A stretch of 41,284 nt of DNA, taken from Nitrospinota bacterium (GTDB taxonomy: Bacteria; UBA8248). Positions 38,843-41,284 of this stretch are shown one piece after another (the first letter of the stretch is position 1; every line of letters starts with the position of its first letter). The position numbers were made by a program, and so were the translations under genes. The notes below the pieces were generated by a model. The model worked only from the letters and a program-made list of their open reading frames with translations, did no database searches and was not told the DNA's origin. The DNA lies in assembly GCA_046581755.1 (NCBI GenBank), contig JAYGFR010000057.1, positions 1-41,284 of the forward strand, read 5' to 3'.

Positions 38843-39607
38843 ATGGACATCAAAATCCTCGCAGGAAAACGCGCTGTCGTCACCGGAGCCTCATCGGGCA
38901 TGGGCGCGGCCATCGCCCGCCGGTTCGCCGCCGAGGGGGCGGACATCTGGGCCGTGGGAGGAGCGGACGCCGAGGGTCTCAACAAGACCGTCGAGGGCTG
39001 CGCCGAAAGCGGTGTCCAGTCGGGCAGAGCGGGATACGACTTCTCCCGGGCCCGGGCCGCGGAAGACGCCGTCCGGGAAGGGGCGGAATTCCTGGGTGGC
39101 CTCGACATTCTGGTCAACTGCGCCGGGGGCCGGGTGTTCAAGGGAATCTTGGATATCACCGACGATGAGATCGATTTCATGTACGAGCTCAACACGAAAT
39201 CCCTCTTTTATTCTTGCCGGGAGGCGGCGCGCATCATGACTCGCCAAAAAAGCGGGCATATCCTCAACATGGGCTCGGTGGCGGGGATTCAGGCGAGCGC
39301 CGACCGCTCTCTTTACTGCACGACGAAGGCGGCGGTCCATTTGCTCACGAAGTGCCTGGCCCTGGAGCTGGGTCCGCTGGGAATCCAGGTTAACTGCCTG
39401 GCGCCCGGGCTCGTGGACAGCGGCCGGGTGAAGGTGCGCCTGGCGGCAAACCCCGAGTATGCCGAAAAGAGAATCAGCCAGATTCCCGTCCGGCGGCTCG
39501 GCGATCCGGAGAACATCGCATCAACCACGCTCTTCATCGTCTCGCCAGAAAACAAGTTTATGAACGGCGCCATCGTCTCCATCAACGGGGGCGTGAGCGC
39601 GGGATGA
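38843..39607 (+). CDS. Short-chain dehydrogenase/reductase (paralog 3)
   Basis: TGASSGMG, LVNCAG, YCTTK, VNCLAPG. Confidence 0.92.
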   Translation: MDIKILAGKRAVVTGASSGMGAAIARRFAAEGADIWAVGGADAEGLNKTVEGCAESGVQSGRAGYDFSRARAAEDAVREGAEFLGGLDILVNCAGGRVFKGILDITDDEIDFMYELNTKSLFYSCREAARIMTRQKSGHILNMGSVAGIQASADRSLYCTTKAAVHLLTKCLALELGPLGIQVNCLAPGLVDSGRVKVRLAANPEYAEKRISQIPVRRLGDPENIASTTLFIVSPENKFMNGAIVSINGGVSAG

Positions 39608-40968
39608 CCGCGAACCGATACGGAAAGGCCTTCCGGGCGGTTTGGGTTCTTTTGCTTCTTGGCATGCTCCTTGGCGCGGGGGCCTGTATTTCCATTGCAG
39701 GGACCAATGCAGAAGCAGAGCCGGGCGATCGGACGGGGCCGCCCGAAACCCACCGCCTTGTCAGCGTCTCCGTCCCCGGCGATGCTGCCTGGCTATTTTC
39801 GATTAAACCCTTCGCCCGCATGAAAAGCGCCTCGCTCGTCACCCTGACGAAAGAGGGCCGCTTCTTTTCCCTGGAGGTAAAAGGCGGGCGCCTGCGCGCC
39901 AAGCCACTCCCCGCCCTGGCCACTCTTTCCCCGGGCGTTCCTCCGGCCACACTCGATGAAGGGATTATCGCCGGGGGAACCAGGGACGGTTCGTTCCGGG
40001 TGATCGACTTTTTCCGGGAGACCGTCTCGAGCGCCGCAGCGGGTGAAGCGCTATCGCCGCTTTCGAGGCTGGCCACCCTCACAAAATTAGCGGTCGCCAC
40101 CGTGGGGCGGGACGGCTCTCTCATGATCTTTCAAAAATTCGGCGGCAAATGGAAGGAGACCCAGCGCATCCCGGCCCAAGAGGCCAACGCCCTGCCGGAT
40201 GCGCTCCTCGCGGCGGCGGACCTGGACGGAGACGGCACGCGGGAGCTCATCGTTCCGGCCGCGCCGACGTGGCGCTATGCGCACGGGGTATTGAGCGATG
40301 CGATCGAGCCGTCAGAGATCCAGATCTTCAAAATAGCAAGCGGCCGCCTGAACCTCCTGTCCACCTACCGGGCAAAAGGCGATGGCGTTTTCGAGGCCAT
40401 CGGCGCGCTGGACGGAGACCTCGACGGCGACAGGCGGGCGGAAATTCTCGTCACGCGGAGTGACTACGGCTCCGGAGCGGGACACATGGCCCTGGCCCTC
40501 CGGAAGGGGCGCCTTATCCAGAAGGCAAAAGGGGCCACTATCGGCCTGGGAAACCGCTGGTCTCACCTCCTCGGCGCTTTCGATTTGGGCGCGGGCGGCA
40601 AAAGCATCCTCGCCATCGAGACTCCTCATCTGGCGGGCTATCTTCTCGCCCTCGAGATGAAGGGAGGCCGCCTCGCCGAGCGGGCCCGGCGGCCGGGGTT
40701 CACCACCCATTCCATCGGATCGCGGAATGTATGGGAGTTCGCGGTCATCCGACGGGCGGGCGCCGCCGACACCGTGGTTCAGGAAGTGAGCCGTGGCCGG
40801 CTCGCCGCCCTGGCCTTGCGGAAAAACCGCGGGATCATCCGCTGGACGATCCCGCTGGCGGGGCCGGTCCAATCCAACATCGTAGCGGCGGATCTGAACG
40901 GGGACGGCCTGGACGATCTCGCCTTCGCCGGCCCCGGGGGCAAGGTTCACGCGCTCCTCTCCCGGTAG
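39604..40968 (+). CDS. Secreted FG-GAP/VCBS-repeat protein
   Basis: N-terminal hydrophobic signal and three DxDGDG-type Ca-binding loops (ADLDGDGTRE, GDLDGDRRAE, ADLNGDGLDD). ATGA overlap with SDR3. Confidence 0.8.
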   Translation: MTANRYGKAFRAVWVLLLLGMLLGAGACISIAGTNAEAEPGDRTGPPETHRLVSVSVPGDAAWLFSIKPFARMKSASLVTLTKEGRFFSLEVKGGRLRAKPLPALATLSPGVPPATLDEGIIAGGTRDGSFRVIDFFRETVSSAAAGEALSPLSRLATLTKLAVATVGRDGSLMIFQKFGGKWKETQRIPAQEANALPDALLAAADLDGDGTRELIVPAAPTWRYAHGVLSDAIEPSEIQIFKIASGRLNLLSTYRAKGDGVFEAIGALDGDLDGDRRAEILVTRSDYGSGAGHMALALRKGRLIQKAKGATIGLGNRWSHLLGAFDLGAGGKSILAIETPHLAGYLLALEMKGGRLAERARRPGFTTHSIGSRNVWEFAVIRRAGAADTVVQEVSRGRLAALALRKNRGIIRWTIPLAGPVQSNIVAADLNGDGLDDLAFAGPGGKVHALLSR

Positions 40969-41202
40969 ATTCCACTCCCCCCGGGGCGGAACCGCCCTGC
41001 AATTACGGCAAGAATTCAACCTGTGGTCCCGTTTTCCGCCCTCAAGGTGGCTGGGCACTATCGGCCTGAATCCAGGAGACTTGAGCAAAAAAACGCCCTA
41101 AAAAAATAAACATGTAAAAGTGTAAAACCGAACCATCGATACGCCGATACATTCATTAACGGACAAGGAAGCCCGTTGCTCTATTTGAAAGGAGGCAATT
41201 CG

Positions 41203-41284
41203 ATGGCCCTACAATGTTGTGTATGTGAGGATATCCTGATCGAGGCCGTGGAGATGGACAAACTCCACTCTTCGAAAAGAGAAA
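41203..41284 (+). CDS. 5' part of a hypothetical protein (truncated by the window end)
   Basis: AAGGAGG RBS, then MALQCCVCEDILIEAVEMDKLHSSKRE, open to the end of the window. Confidence 0.5.
   Translation, partial: MALQCCVCEDILIEAVEMDKLHSSKRE

Overview
GC-rich bacterial window with two parts. Positions 1-29.2 kb are mostly minus-strand housekeeping genes: a partial NIPSNAP gene, livKHMGF, pilM-aroB-aroQ-pepP-efp, a site-2 protease, an LpoA-like lipoprotein facing PBP1A, an SDR, dusB, tsaD, ftsEX-envC-ctpA, tkt, and a 945-aa TPR protein with acidic tandem repeats. Positions 29.4-41.3 kb are an accessory metabolic block: hydantoinase/oxoprolinase A+B, a CoA-transferase-like operon, a Rid protein, three tandem SDRs and an FG-GAP protein. 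The main result is a tightly coupled four-gene minus-strand operon (36166->33302) in which the ORF track breaks two genes at in-frame TGA codons. One is a family I CoA-transferase-like alpha subunit whose TGA (codon 102) aligns without gaps to Cys102 of a same-length paralog in the same operon. The other is a YccU-type CoA-binding protein whose TGA (codon 129) sits at the family's 'MDRC..EH' cysteine. Each TGA is followed by a SECIS-like hairpin. I read this as a candidate selenocysteine-dependent CoA/acyl-transfer system, alpha(Sec)-beta-alpha(Cys)-CoA-binding(Sec). No selA/B/C/D genes are in the window and I could not run database searches, so Sec decoding and novelty both need checking.
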